DNA from: a virus
Lineage: Duplodnaviria; Heunggongvirae; Uroviricota; Caudoviricetes
Strand: one strand, 5' to 3'
Length of the DNA: 64,000 nucleotides
IMG/VR virus record: IMGVR_UViG_3300033993_001993
Within the stretch, counting starts at the first letter, position 1. The number at the start of each line of letters is the position of its first letter. Shown in pieces: positions 37,774-47,766 of this stretch. The position numbers and the translations under genes were made by a program. Below the pieces are notes generated by a model. That model was not told the DNA's origin. It was given only the letters and a program-made list of their open reading frames with translations, and made no database searches.

Positions 37774-37863
37774 ATAATTTTAATTTAAAGCTCCCAAATT
37801 GATTTTCGTTTCTTCTTTGGGAACTTAAGTGATAACCATAAAGTGACCTTTTGGATCATTCTT

Positions 37864-38451
37864 TTAATCCCCATTAGTTAAAAAATTAATAATCTTTTCT
37901 TTAACGCCACATTGTTTAATACCTTCACTTGATTTTGGGGTTAAAACGAAATTACTAATTGCCCAAGCATCTTTCCAAGGTTCACCATTCTTACCCATAT
38001 TAAGATCGTCAACTGAAACCCAGTGTGTAACCTTAGGATGATCGTGTAGGTATTGTTGAATCTCAACGGTTCGTGTTTGTTCTAACTCCCATTGTGGTGA
38101 CCATATAAATAAATCACTATGAACAGTACAATTCTGAATGTTTGGAGTTAATGCGATTGGTCGTTTGATGATACCTTGACTTTCGTAGTAGTCACCAAGT
38201 TCTTCAAGTGTTGCGTGTAGTTTCCAATCTGAACTTACAACAATTTCACATCCTGTTTCTTCGATAATCTCATTCAATAACTTAATTGCCTTCTTATCGA
38301 AATCATCAAAACGATACTCAACAGGAGCTTCCTTTAAATTTGGTGATGAATCAGGATTCGCTGAACGATATTTCGCCCATTTTTTCTTTCGTCCACCCCA
38401 ATTATTAGAGAGACAAATTACACCATCGTTATCTAAGAAGAGTACTTTCAT
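37864..38451 (-). CDS. HAD-superfamily phosphatase-like protein
   Basis: N-terminal FLDNDGVI (DxDG motif I of HAD hydrolases). Confidence 0.4.
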   Translation of the reverse strand: MKVLFLDNDGVICLSNNWGGRKKKWAKYRSANPDSSPNLKEAPVEYRFDDFDKKAIKLLNEIIEETGCEIVVSSDWKLHATLEELGDYYESQGIIKRPIALTPNIQNCTVHSDLFIWSPQWELEQTRTVEIQQYLHDHPKVTHWVSVDDLNMGKNGEPWKDAWAISNFVLTPKSSEGIKQCGVKEKIINFLTNGD

Positions 38452-38557
38452 TTTCTTATGTGTTTGCCGTGTTTTCCAATTAATCCTATTACCATTATAA
38501 GTAATATGAATCCTACAAAATTAATCATAATTTAAATGTATTCAAAATTTTATTAAT

Positions 38558-38637
38558 AAAAAAGGGGAAGTAGCGAATTTCCCCTTTAATTGTTGCCATA
38601 ACGACAACGGTCCTAAAAGCCCACCCTCAAGGAGTGG
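38558..38637 (-). terminator. Two tandem stem-loops downstream of the SprB-repeat gene (GGGGAA...TTCCCC with T7; CCCAC...GTGGG)
   Basis: Perfect 6-bp and 5-bp GC stems; the distal one is followed by TTTTTTT on the minus strand. Confidence 0.5.
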
Positions 38638-38644
38638 GGTATTT

Positions 38645-39640
38645 TTAGTTTCTTATAACTTTTTCAGTTGATCCGTCACTATATCGGATGATATGTAATT
38701 CACCTGATTCAGGTTTACATTCTCTACCTAACATATCTGTGATTTTAACGATTGTCTTCCCATATTGAGTTAACTCTTCAATTTCTGCAAATCCTATACT
38801 CTCAGTTTGATTGATAACAATAGTTTTATAATCCATTGATTTAGTATAACAATACACAACTAATTGGAAGTTATAACATCCTGTTGAGTCGATCATTGGG
38901 TAGTTCACCATATATGTTTGGTATGTACCTGTTGTATCAATAACATACCACACACATAAAATACTGTCTAAACCACTATTAATAAGACCATTTATTGTCA
39001 TATATGCTGTGTCGATTGTGTTAAAATTTATATTACAATCTTCTATGGTTGTGGTGAAATTACCAATTGGACTATTACAAGTACCTGTTGAATTTAACAC
39101 TAAAGTATCTCCGAAATTGGTTGATTGTGTTACGATTGAATCACATAATGTTGTATTACATCCGTTAGCATCCATTACATAACAACAATACCCCCCTACA
39201 GATAAATTATTGATCGTCTGAAGCATATTACCATTACTCCACTGATATGTGTATGGTGCCGTTCCGTTAATAACATTTGCTGTCATTGATCCATCATTAA
39301 TTGTAGAATCAATTGTTGTGATATATCCACCGAAGTTAAAACACGGATTGAATGTACCTGATGTTATGTTGAACGTAAGTGTTGTTGGGGTATTATTAAC
39401 AACGAATGAAACTGTGTAAGTTCCAGGACAAAGACTATCAACATAGTATCCTCCTGATTGGATCACCGCGCCAAATCCATTCCAATTAATCACCGATAAG
39501 TTAACACTCGTATCTAATACTGCAGTACCATCACAGATGTTAGGACCACTAGTAGGTGAGGTATAAACCATTGTTTGGGACATTACCCCAAAAGAAATAA
39601 CACTAATAAGTGTCAGTAATAATAATTTTAATTTTTTCAT
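38645..39640 (-). CDS. Secreted SprB-repeat protein with a T9SS-type C-terminal domain
   Basis: Signal peptide; INDGSMTANVINGTAPYTYQWSNGN matches the SprB repeat consensus (DGS...GG..PYTY.W); C-terminal KITDMLGRE...IIRYSDGSTEKV is CTD-like. Confidence 0.5.
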   Translation of the reverse strand: MKKLKLLLLTLISVISFGVMSQTMVYTSPTSGPNICDGTAVLDTSVNLSVINWNGFGAVIQSGGYYVDSLCPGTYTVSFVVNNTPTTLTFNITSGTFNPCFNFGGYITTIDSTINDGSMTANVINGTAPYTYQWSNGNMLQTINNLSVGGYCCYVMDANGCNTTLCDSIVTQSTNFGDTLVLNSTGTCNSPIGNFTTTIEDCNINFNTIDTAYMTINGLINSGLDSILCVWYVIDTTGTYQTYMVNYPMIDSTGCYNFQLVVYCYTKSMDYKTIVINQTESIGFAEIEELTQYGKTIVKITDMLGRECKPESGELHIIRYSDGSTEKVIRN

Positions 39641-39688
39641 AAATTTGTTTTTTAGTTAACTATAAACAAATATAAATAATATATCAAT

Positions 39689-39711
39689 AAAAAACCCTCC
39701 TTTTGGGAGGG
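39689..39711 (-). terminator. Rho-independent terminator (CCCTCC-tttt-GGAGGG + T6)
   Basis: Immediately downstream of the TonB-dependent receptor stop. Confidence 0.6.
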
Positions 39712-39718
39712 TAACTAA

Positions 39719-42280
39719 TTAAAACTTATATTTAACCGATAGTGAAACCGTTTGACCAAAAGTAATCTCTTGCCACCTATTATCTTCTGTGTCATATCTA
39801 TGATTACCATTTAGGTCTTGGAAATATATAAGTTTTTGTGCTAATATATCTTTTAAGTTTAATTTTAATTCAACCTTTTTAAATGTTTTTGACAATTGGA
39901 AATCGATCACATTTCTTCCGTTTTCCCAAACGCTAGGTTCCTGTTGATTACCAACAATATAGATTCTAGGTCCGATAACATTATAGGATAATGTAACATT
40001 AAAATCTTCTTTTTTGTTCGTGTAAAATAACCCTGAATTAATGATGTATGGTGATTGTCCTTGTAGTGGTCTGTTACCACCAGCACCTATAACCTCATCC
40101 ATATTTACCACTGACTTAATAATTGAAATATTACTATAGATTGTAAGTTGGTTCCATAATTTATGGTTTTCAACTTTAGATAAAAACCCTAATTTAAATC
40201 TGAATTCTAACTCACCACCAAAACTTTGTGATCTTTCAATGTTTGAGAAGTATAACTCAGGTGCTCCTGACGTTCCGGTCCTATTTATAGTTTCAATAGG
40301 GTTATTAAAGTTTTTGTAAAACCCTGACAAACTTATAATCTGACCACTACCAGGGTAAATCTCATATCTAATATCACAATTAGTTATCTTAGTTCTTTTT
40401 AAATATGGATTACCTGATGTGATATTATCCAATACGAAGTTATAGAAGTTAAATGGCGCTAATTCTCTAAACTCAGGTCTAGATACCGTTTGACTAATAC
40501 TTCCTCTTAACTTCATTTTTTTATTGAAGTTATAAATTACATTAACAGAAGGTAATAAATCAATTACCGTTGTGTCAATGTTTCTATTTAAGTTACTCCC
40601 AAACTCAATGTAGTTAAAGTTTTGATTGTAAGATTCTAATCTAACTCCACCCGCAAATCTCCACTTGTTCAATTTGTAATCAACCATAGTGTAGAAAGAA
40701 TTTAAGAATGAATTTGCATCATAACTATCATCAACTTTGGTTGCCTCATCTAATTTAAAACCACCCTGACCATTACTTAAAAGACCCATATTCTCAGTGG
40801 AGAATATTTGATCCATAGGTAATAAAAGTAAGTCACTATTAAAGGTACTACCGTTTGGTTTATATTGTGAAAACCCAAAATTTCTTGATTGAAAGTCTTT
40901 CATTCTAAATTGATTCCACCCACCGATCTTGACTGAATTAACATCTTTAAATGGAATTGTTAGATCATATCTTGCACTTATAATTTTTTCATCTGATTCA
41001 GACCAAAACATATTACCAGCAGCAGTTGGTATTGTACCGTTCTGTTGAATAACTGCAACATATTGTTCTGTTGGGTCATCCTCATTTAAAGAGTATTTTC
41101 TATACACTACTCTCCTTAGGTTCGGAATGTCTCTTTTAACATTACTATAACCAACACTCCAATTAAATTTATTTTCTTTTATCGTGTGAATCCCAAGTAA
41201 TTGATTAGTTAAAAAGTTATTTTGAGTATACCAAAAATTCGTAGATTTCTCCCATTGTCTTGGATCACTATCTAACTCTCTAACACCCTTTCTAACATTA
41301 ACCTTATCTTCAGAATTTACAGAATAAATATTCTTAAACTTGATGGTGTTGTTTTCATTAATCTTATAAACCAAATTTAACATACCACTATTTAAAACAC
41401 TCTGAGTAAATACAGAATCATTTAGTTCCATTTTCTTAACCACACCCGTTGCTTGTTCCTCAAACTCTCTTCTAACAATATTATTATAGTTGAAGTTGTT
41501 TTGGTAGTTATACGTTAAAATGAAACTTAACGTTTGTTTCTTTTTAAATTTAATGTTTCTACTTAAGGTATATTGAATAGATGGGTTAGGTAACGCGAGC
41601 CTATCTTTAGTTGACCAAGTAAAGTCCATTAGTTTTGCAACCTCAGACCTTTCTTGTTTTGATAAGTTTTGGAAATCAATAGTTCCATTAATATTTGGTA
41701 ACCCTCTAGATTCAACACTATATGTTTTAAAATCCCTAAATGTTGCAATTGTATTATGTGATCCACCAATCTGTATTGTATGAGTATTCTCATTTTTAGG
41801 TTCGGAAGTGTTAATATCAATTACGCCTCCAGCAAACTCACCAGGTAAATCAGGACTAGCAGTCTTCATCACCATTAGATTGTCAATCATATTTGATGGG
41901 AATATATCAAACGAAAAAGATCGCTTATCGGATTCCGAACTTGGTAAAGGTAGCCCGTTCAATAATGCGAAGTTGTATCTATCATTAAGACCCCTCACAA
42001 CCACGAACTTATTATCCACAACACTTATCCCACTAACACGTTTAAAAACATCAGAGACCTTAGAGTCTGGTGTTCTCTTAAAGGTCTCTGCGTTAATTCC
42101 GTCTACAGATGTAATACTATTTCTTTGTAGTTTTACAAGTTCTGTTGTTGATTCTTTATTAATTTTAAAGGTAACCGTAACCCCCTCAACATTTCTAATT
42201 GTATCTTTTTTAAATGTCTCAGATGGTTGAGCCAATAATTGTATTGGTAGTACCAATAATAACGTCAATAAAAATTTCAT
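39719..42280 (-). CDS. TonB-dependent outer-membrane receptor (plug + 22-strand barrel)
   Basis: Signal peptide; plug-domain blocks (VVVRGLNDRYNFALLNGLPLPSSE, EFAGGVIDINT); 853 aa; C-terminal ...LSVKYKF ending in an aromatic residue. Confidence 0.75.
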   Translation of the reverse strand: MKFLLTLLLVLPIQLLAQPSETFKKDTIRNVEGVTVTFKINKESTTELVKLQRNSITSVDGINAETFKRTPDSKVSDVFKRVSGISVVDNKFVVVRGLNDRYNFALLNGLPLPSSESDKRSFSFDIFPSNMIDNLMVMKTASPDLPGEFAGGVIDINTSEPKNENTHTIQIGGSHNTIATFRDFKTYSVESRGLPNINGTIDFQNLSKQERSEVAKLMDFTWSTKDRLALPNPSIQYTLSRNIKFKKKQTLSFILTYNYQNNFNYNNIVRREFEEQATGVVKKMELNDSVFTQSVLNSGMLNLVYKINENNTIKFKNIYSVNSEDKVNVRKGVRELDSDPRQWEKSTNFWYTQNNFLTNQLLGIHTIKENKFNWSVGYSNVKRDIPNLRRVVYRKYSLNEDDPTEQYVAVIQQNGTIPTAAGNMFWSESDEKIISARYDLTIPFKDVNSVKIGGWNQFRMKDFQSRNFGFSQYKPNGSTFNSDLLLLPMDQIFSTENMGLLSNGQGGFKLDEATKVDDSYDANSFLNSFYTMVDYKLNKWRFAGGVRLESYNQNFNYIEFGSNLNRNIDTTVIDLLPSVNVIYNFNKKMKLRGSISQTVSRPEFRELAPFNFYNFVLDNITSGNPYLKRTKITNCDIRYEIYPGSGQIISLSGFYKNFNNPIETINRTGTSGAPELYFSNIERSQSFGGELEFRFKLGFLSKVENHKLWNQLTIYSNISIIKSVVNMDEVIGAGGNRPLQGQSPYIINSGLFYTNKKEDFNVTLSYNVIGPRIYIVGNQQEPSVWENGRNVIDFQLSKTFKKVELKLNLKDILAQKLIYFQDLNGNHRYDTEDNRWQEITFGQTVSLSVKYKF

Positions 42281-42285
42281 TCCTA

Positions 42286-43848
42286 TTATTTTTTAACTAT
42301 AACTTTTTCTGTATGACCTTCAGCGTTGATAATATAAATACCATTTTCCAAATCTGATAAGTCCGTATTGTTTTGTTTTACAACTTTACCCAATGAATTG
42401 TAGATTACAAAATTTAAAGATTTTTTATCAGAATCAATACTGATTAAACCTTCTGTTGGGTTAGGAAATACTTTAAACGATGTTTTGATTGTTTCAGTAA
42501 TACTATTAGTTAAATCACCAAATTTAGAATTTGTAAAGTCAGCACCTGTTGCAACAACTGATGTGCTATCTAATCTACAATCAGGTACAACACCACTTGG
42601 TACAAATATGTTTACCCAATTGATTTGATTGATTGTTGTTAACGTATCGTTATTGTGACTCGAAAAGTATGTTGTTAAAATTCCTGGTGTTGTAACTAAA
42701 CAATTTGTTGGTATTTCACAAAGAACATTACTTTCGAAAGCCAATGTGTCCCCTAACAAATTATCCTCAACTGATGTACCTTCTAATGATAATCCCTTTT
42801 CCCATCCAACAACAAGAGTATTGAACACTGATGTTGCGGAGTTTCTTCTAATTCTAAAAGCTTTCTCAAACTTCTCACCTGTTGGTAGAGTAACCGTACC
42901 ATTACCTTTCGCACCTACAATAGTGAAATTAGAGAATATCGGAGCGGTTTGTGGTAAAGACGAACTACCTTGTGCGTCATTATCTGATTCGAAACAATTT
43001 GAGTCACCTGCGGCGTCTGATAAATTTTCATTTCTAATTGATAACCCAAACTGAACGTTACCTCTGTATCCAAAATCAGTGTCGAAATCATCGTCTGTTG
43101 TTGAATAAGCTATTAAATGTTTACAATTAACCGTTCCTCCAAACCATTCAAAAGCATCGTCACCTGAATAACTTACCTGAATAAAATCAACTTGAGTTCC
43201 CGAACCAACTGATCCAAAAGTAATACCATTTATTTCTTTATTTGGTGCTAATGGTATTCCCGCGAATTCAATTCTAATATATTTTAATATTCCTGAATTA
43301 TCATTATCGTTATTACCACCAAATTCGGTATCAGATGTTGGAGCAATACCCTCAATGTTTGCAACACCACCAGGTTGGTTATTAACACCGTTACCTAAAA
43401 GTACAACTCCACCCCAATCACCTTCAGATCTATTTCCAATAGAATTGTTTGATGTAAAAACAATTGGTAATTGTTGTGTTCCTTCAGCGATTAATTTAGA
43501 ACCTCTTGTTATAATCAAAGTCCCTTGTGTTGCATTATCACCTCTGATGATTGTTCCTGGTTGAATCGTTAGTGTTGATCCGTTTTTAACATAAATTTTG
43601 TTTTCTAACAAGATAACACCTGACCAAATTGTATTTGTTGTGATGTCCGAACTAACGGTTGTTTGTGTCGATGGGTAATTTGTATTTTCGGGATTAAAAT
43701 TAGACCACCCATAAGTCCAATCTGTTTGTGGTGTATTGTCCGTCACAGGAAAAGCTCCCTTATAATTGGTAACGGTCCAAAACTGACTTTGTGCGCTTGT
43801 TAAGAAAACAAACATTAACATTACGATACTTGCGTAAATCTTTTTCAT
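42286..43848 (-). CDS. Secreted protein with a T9SS C-terminal sorting domain
   Basis: Signal peptide MKKIYASIVMLMFVFLTSAQS; the C-terminus FKVFPNPTEGLISIDS...NGIYIINAEGHTEKVIVKK matches the T9SS CTD. Confidence 0.6.
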   Translation of the reverse strand: MKKIYASIVMLMFVFLTSAQSQFWTVTNYKGAFPVTDNTPQTDWTYGWSNFNPENTNYPSTQTTVSSDITTNTIWSGVILLENKIYVKNGSTLTIQPGTIIRGDNATQGTLIITRGSKLIAEGTQQLPIVFTSNNSIGNRSEGDWGGVVLLGNGVNNQPGGVANIEGIAPTSDTEFGGNNDNDNSGILKYIRIEFAGIPLAPNKEINGITFGSVGSGTQVDFIQVSYSGDDAFEWFGGTVNCKHLIAYSTTDDDFDTDFGYRGNVQFGLSIRNENLSDAAGDSNCFESDNDAQGSSSLPQTAPIFSNFTIVGAKGNGTVTLPTGEKFEKAFRIRRNSATSVFNTLVVGWEKGLSLEGTSVEDNLLGDTLAFESNVLCEIPTNCLVTTPGILTTYFSSHNNDTLTTINQINWVNIFVPSGVVPDCRLDSTSVVATGADFTNSKFGDLTNSITETIKTSFKVFPNPTEGLISIDSDKKSLNFVIYNSLGKVVKQNNTDLSDLENGIYIINAEGHTEKVIVKK

Positions 43849-43959
43849 ACTCTATTTTTATAATTTTATTACACCAATAGATAGTCCAACAAATAGGTTA
43901 AATCAACTTGGTCGCTATGATTTAGCGATAACCTAATACTCTTAACGTTTAGGTAGCAC

Positions 43960-43986
43960 AAAAAAACCCCCACATTTCTGTGAGGG
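43960..43986 (-). terminator. Strong rho-independent terminator (CCCUCACA-gaaa-UGUGGGGG + U7) about 180 nt downstream of gene 44172..44606
   Basis: 8-bp stem including one G-U pair, a GNRA-like tetraloop and a T7 run on the minus strand. Confidence 0.55.
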
Positions 43987-44171
43987 TTTCATATGATTTG
44001 TCTCAAAGAGTCAAAAATAGGTCAAAAAGAGAGTTTTAAGTTTTAATCAAATGACTTTTGAGTATTTGAAATTTCGTTTTAATGTCAGTTCGTTACCTTT
44101 ATCAATTATCTATCCAATCGGATCCATAATGTAGAACAACCATCACTTTTTAACCCTATCCACAAACCATA

Positions 44172-44606
44172 TTAAATTTCTGTGGTTGCGTTGAAGGTAT
44201 CCAACTTATCTTGAATTTCTTCAATTTTTGATTCCAACAATTTAATCTCTTGATTTCTATTTACCAAAGAGATTTCAGAAGTTAAAACCACTTCGTGTTC
44301 CATTCGGTAACGATCACGATTTGATTTCCCTTCAGTACAGTCCATTTTCTTTAGGGCTGCAATTGTTGATTTCATTTCTGACATCCAAAAAATGGATTGC
44401 ATCACCGGTGTGTTTGCGATGTGGATTTTCGCCTTTAAAGACGCCAACTCCTGTGTGTCTTTTTGGATTTCTTCATACAACATCTGTGTGCTGTATGGTC
44501 TTTGGTTTCCAACCTCAACCGAGTTGTGTTGTTGCATCAACTTCGTGTTCTCCGAAATGTTTTTAACCAACTTATTTTTTTGTTTAAGAGCTTGTTTAAT
44601 TGTCAT
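44172..44606 (-). CDS. Hypothetical protein
   Basis: 144-aa ORF. Confidence 0.3.
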   Translation of the reverse strand: MTIKQALKQKNKLVKNISENTKLMQQHNSVEVGNQRPYSTQMLYEEIQKDTQELASLKAKIHIANTPVMQSIFWMSEMKSTIAALKKMDCTEGKSNRDRYRMEHEVVLTSEISLVNRNQEIKLLESKIEEIQDKLDTFNATTEI

Positions 44607-44664
44607 AATAAATGTTTTGTGTATGAAAGTATAATTAATCTTTATTTATTTGTCAAGTTCGTTT

Positions 44665-44955
44665 TTACCATTTATCAACATCAGTAAGATCTATGGTGGT
44701 TTTAGTTAATTGACTATAAACCTCAACCATTTGACCTATACCTGAACTTGAAAATCTGTATTCGTATTGACCATAACTTCCATAAATAGCCTTTATGTGT
44801 TCTTGCCATTCCTCCAACTTCTTTACCTGATCTTCATCAAGCGTAAATGTTTTAGTTTTACCTTTTTTTGGTGGAGGAGGTGGTATTTCACGGTCAGTCA
44901 TCTCACCATTGATTCTCAAATACATTTTTTTAATAGGTTCTTGATACTCATCCAT
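44665..44955 (-). CDS. Hypothetical protein
   Basis: 96-aa ORF. Confidence 0.3.
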   Translation of the reverse strand: MDEYQEPIKKMYLRINGEMTDREIPPPPPKKGKTKTFTLDEDQVKKLEEWQEHIKAIYGSYGQYEYRFSSSGIGQMVEVYSQLTKTTIDLTDVDKW

Positions 44956-44962
44956 AATTCAT

Positions 44963-45115
44963 TATTTTAAAAATCTTAAGTAATAAACTTCTGAAAGTAA
45001 TAATAATGATGTTGCCCACCCTAAACCTCCAAGTGCATTACCAATGTAAAAACTTAATATAGTGTTAGATATCACTATTAAAAACAACGGTATATAATAT
45101 CTTCCTTTTTTCATA
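44963..45115 (-). CDS. Small membrane protein (50 aa, below the ORF-track cutoff)
   Basis: Manual translation gives MKKGRYYIPLFLIVISNTILSFYIGNALGGLGWATSLLLLSEVYYLRFLK; it fills the gap between annotated genes. Confidence 0.25.
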
Positions 45116-45117
45116 AT

Positions 45118-46089
45118 CTATCTTCCAAACCCTACGGTTCCTGACCCTTTTATATTCGGAGCTTTTTTCATTCCCTCCAAATTATCCATTGTTTCTTCAA
45201 ATGTTCTTCCCATAACTATAACGGAAATAACAACTTCTTTCAAGTGTGAAAGAGACATTCCTTTAGTTCTTTCGACCCACATATTAACATCAACACCTTT
45301 AAGATCCTCATCATTTAATTTGTGGTTAATATACGCCTCTCTAATTTCATCGTTAGGTAATTCAACTTTATATCGTCTATCAAAACGAGATGGTCTGTTG
45401 GTAATACGATCTTGTAACTTCTCAGGGTAGTTTGTTGTTGCAATATATACCACACCTTCAATTTGTTTTACACCGTCCAAAATATTCAACAACTTACTAG
45501 TTGAGTGATTATTCTCTCCCGCAATAGAATCAATATCTTCCAATAACACAATTAAAGGTCTGTTTGGTTCGATCTTTCTAAAAGTTGTGATGAAATCAAT
45601 GAAGTATTCAACATCTTCACCATCTTTAATATTTAAGATAATACCATCCTGTTCTATTAAGTCTTTCGCAATTAGTTGAATAATACCTGACTTACCACAT
45701 CCTGGTTCACCGTACATTAATATCCCTCGTTTATGGATAAAATTATACTCCTTATACTTTTCTTTACGATCCCAAAAGTTTTTAATGTCTCTTAGAATGT
45801 CCATTATCTCATATGATGGTAACTGGTACAATTCATCAGTTTTAAATGGTTGTTTTTTCAACGTATGTTTTTGAGCGTCTCTATTCCAAGTCATCTCATA
45901 AACCCCTGATGGTACCTTTTCAATTGATTGGAATGATGGTACAAACTCTTCATCAGGTAATGATCCCCAACAAGTTGGCGATGGTGATGTTTTATTTTCA
46001 ACATATTCATTTTTTAAAGTCGTCAAAGTTTCCATTGCTTCAATTTCTTTTAACTCTTCAATGTAATCATCTATTTGATATTCTCTCAT
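45118..46089 (-). CDS. AAA+ ATPase
   Basis: Walker A GEPGCGKSG and Walker B IVLLEDIDS. Confidence 0.8.
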   Translation of the reverse strand: MREYQIDDYIEELKEIEAMETLTTLKNEYVENKTSPSPTCWGSLPDEEFVPSFQSIEKVPSGVYEMTWNRDAQKHTLKKQPFKTDELYQLPSYEIMDILRDIKNFWDRKEKYKEYNFIHKRGILMYGEPGCGKSGIIQLIAKDLIEQDGIILNIKDGEDVEYFIDFITTFRKIEPNRPLIVLLEDIDSIAGENNHSTSKLLNILDGVKQIEGVVYIATTNYPEKLQDRITNRPSRFDRRYKVELPNDEIREAYINHKLNDEDLKGVDVNMWVERTKGMSLSHLKEVVISVIVMGRTFEETMDNLEGMKKAPNIKGSGTVGFGR

Positions 46090-46331
46090 CTTACTAATAT
46101 TGGGTGTATAATTATTAATATTTCTTCTGTTTTATCTTTTATTCTCACAACTCTATCTTTGTGAATTTTTAAAGTTTCTTTTGAGTTTTTTGTTTTCAAG
46201 TGTTCGAACTGAGTTTTCATTTCTGTTCTCGCATCTGATTCTTTTTTGAAGTATCCGAAGTAGTCATCACAACCACCAACTCCTCTTGTTCTATCGTAAA
46301 CCCCATATATCAGGTCGTTGTCTTTTGCCAT
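46086..46331 (-). CDS. Small conserved protein, paralog of 48845..49066
   Basis: Shares IYGV.D.T..CD.YFG.F....A..E......LK......I.KDR.V......I.IH....R with the second copy. Confidence 0.35.
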   Translation of the reverse strand: MAKDNDLIYGVYDRTRGVGGCDDYFGYFKKESDARTEMKTQFEHLKTKNSKETLKIHKDRVVRIKDKTEEILIIIHPILVR

Positions 46332-46597
46332 TATAATTTATTAGCAATTTGTTTAATAATCTCTTGATCTTCTATTGTTAATTGGTAATGACCGTTCCAA
46401 AGTTTTGTTAAGTCGTTTCTAAAGTCATATTCACCCAGTGATTCATCATCTCCTCTTACAAGTTTCCTAATTTCAGAATTTGGGTGTGATTGTAAAATAC
46501 CATCCTCGTATAACCATTCCGCTATAGTTCTTTTGTCCCCACGATCCATTTCATTATAGATATTATCTAAATCAACATCAATTCTAATCCAACTCAT
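46331..46597 (-). CDS. Hypothetical protein
   Basis: 88-aa ORF. Confidence 0.3.
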   Translation of the reverse strand: MSWIRIDVDLDNIYNEMDRGDKRTIAEWLYEDGILQSHPNSEIRKLVRGDDESLGEYDFRNDLTKLWNGHYQLTIEDQEIIKQIANKL

Positions 46598-46642
46598 TTG
46601 TTATTTTTTTTAATGTTAAGTAAAAAAAGTGACCCCATCAAG

Positions 46643-47764
46643 TTAATGGGAGTCACCTACGTTATTTTTTTCACCATAGATCAAATAATCCGGATTAATA
46701 ATCTTAGCAATTTTGTGTCTACTACCATCCAAAGATTTAACAACAACACCTTCGTGAGGAACTTTAGTTCCGTGAATGTTGTTATTGAACACGTATTTAT
46801 CTTGTTCTTCTTTTGACCAAAGTCCTGAATACAATGTTTCAACTTCTTCCAACCCCATACATTTGAAGTGAGTTGATTGATAAATGTTATCCTCATATAC
46901 ACCGTCAACCTCAACATCAAATCCGGCAAAACGAATATCAGTCAAACCATAGTCGTAATTCTTTTGTATTCCGTGTCCGTAGATCTCACCATAGATGATA
47001 AAACCAGACCCTATACCATCAGGTAAATATGTGTCTTTAACGTGATCCCAAAGTTTTTTACGAATATTGTATTTTTCCTCAATCGTTTTCCACACATCAC
47101 TATTGTAGAACCCTTGAGAGTCAGATCCTTTCTCTACGTTATGTGATCCGTACACATATTCATAACCAACCCATTGATTACCAAACCATCCACGGATTTT
47201 ATCCAAGAATGAAAGTTTTTTCTTTTTTACAATCCCGTAACGAGCATTTGTCCCGTGTAATTTACGAGTGATCACAACGTCATCGTCCTCGTTAAACATA
47301 TCAGGCACGTTCTTCATATTTGGGAATTTGTAGTAAACGTGGAAGTTAGGGTTTTGGTGGTACTTGAATTTTCTACCCCCAACACTCATCTCAACCATCT
47401 TAACTGGTGGTTCGTACTTAAAGATTTCCAACAACTCCATACAATCAGATCCTTCGTAACGCCATTTTTCAGGAATAAATGAAATTGGGATAATTAAACA
47501 TTCCGAATAAACACCTCTCAACTTAACAGTACGAACACGACCACCTTTACGCAAGTAATTGGTTACGTTCATTGCATCTGATAATTTAACAGGGATAACT
47601 GCATCCGTAGTTGCTACAACTACCGAATCACCCGTTTTATATTCGCCTTTTTTGATGATAGCATTCCATCCACCGATAACACCTAATTCTATGTTGTCTG
47701 CTCCTTCTATTGGTTTAACCTCTCCGATTACACCAACATAACATACGCTATTATTATTTTCCAT
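46643..47764 (-). CDS. ATP-dependent RNA ligase (Rnl2/Rnl5-type nucleotidyltransferase with an N-terminal extension)
   Basis: Motif I RKLHGTNARYG (KxHGxN); IYGEIYGHGIQKNYDY aligns with T4 Rnl2 VFGEFAGPGIQKNVDY; HEGVVVK and RHKIAKI match motifs IV/V. About 110-aa N-terminal OB-like extension. Confidence 0.8.
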   Translation of the reverse strand: MENNNSVCYVGVIGEVKPIEGADNIELGVIGGWNAIIKKGEYKTGDSVVVATTDAVIPVKLSDAMNVTNYLRKGGRVRTVKLRGVYSECLIIPISFIPEKWRYEGSDCMELLEIFKYEPPVKMVEMSVGGRKFKYHQNPNFHVYYKFPNMKNVPDMFNEDDDVVITRKLHGTNARYGIVKKKKLSFLDKIRGWFGNQWVGYEYVYGSHNVEKGSDSQGFYNSDVWKTIEEKYNIRKKLWDHVKDTYLPDGIGSGFIIYGEIYGHGIQKNYDYGLTDIRFAGFDVEVDGVYEDNIYQSTHFKCMGLEEVETLYSGLWSKEEQDKYVFNNNIHGTKVPHEGVVVKSLDGSRHKIAKIINPDYLIYGEKNNVGDSH

Positions 47765-47766
47765 TT

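Noticed and set aside
43849-44171. tRNA or other structured RNA genes in intergenic gaps (also checked 17221..17376, 21150..21281, 38452..38644, 53238..53362, 60338..60570).
   Set aside because: No cloverleaf with a GTTCRA T-loop/CCA-proximal acceptor pattern could be found by eye; only terminator hairpins and one inverted repeat. tRNAscan-type search remains advisable.
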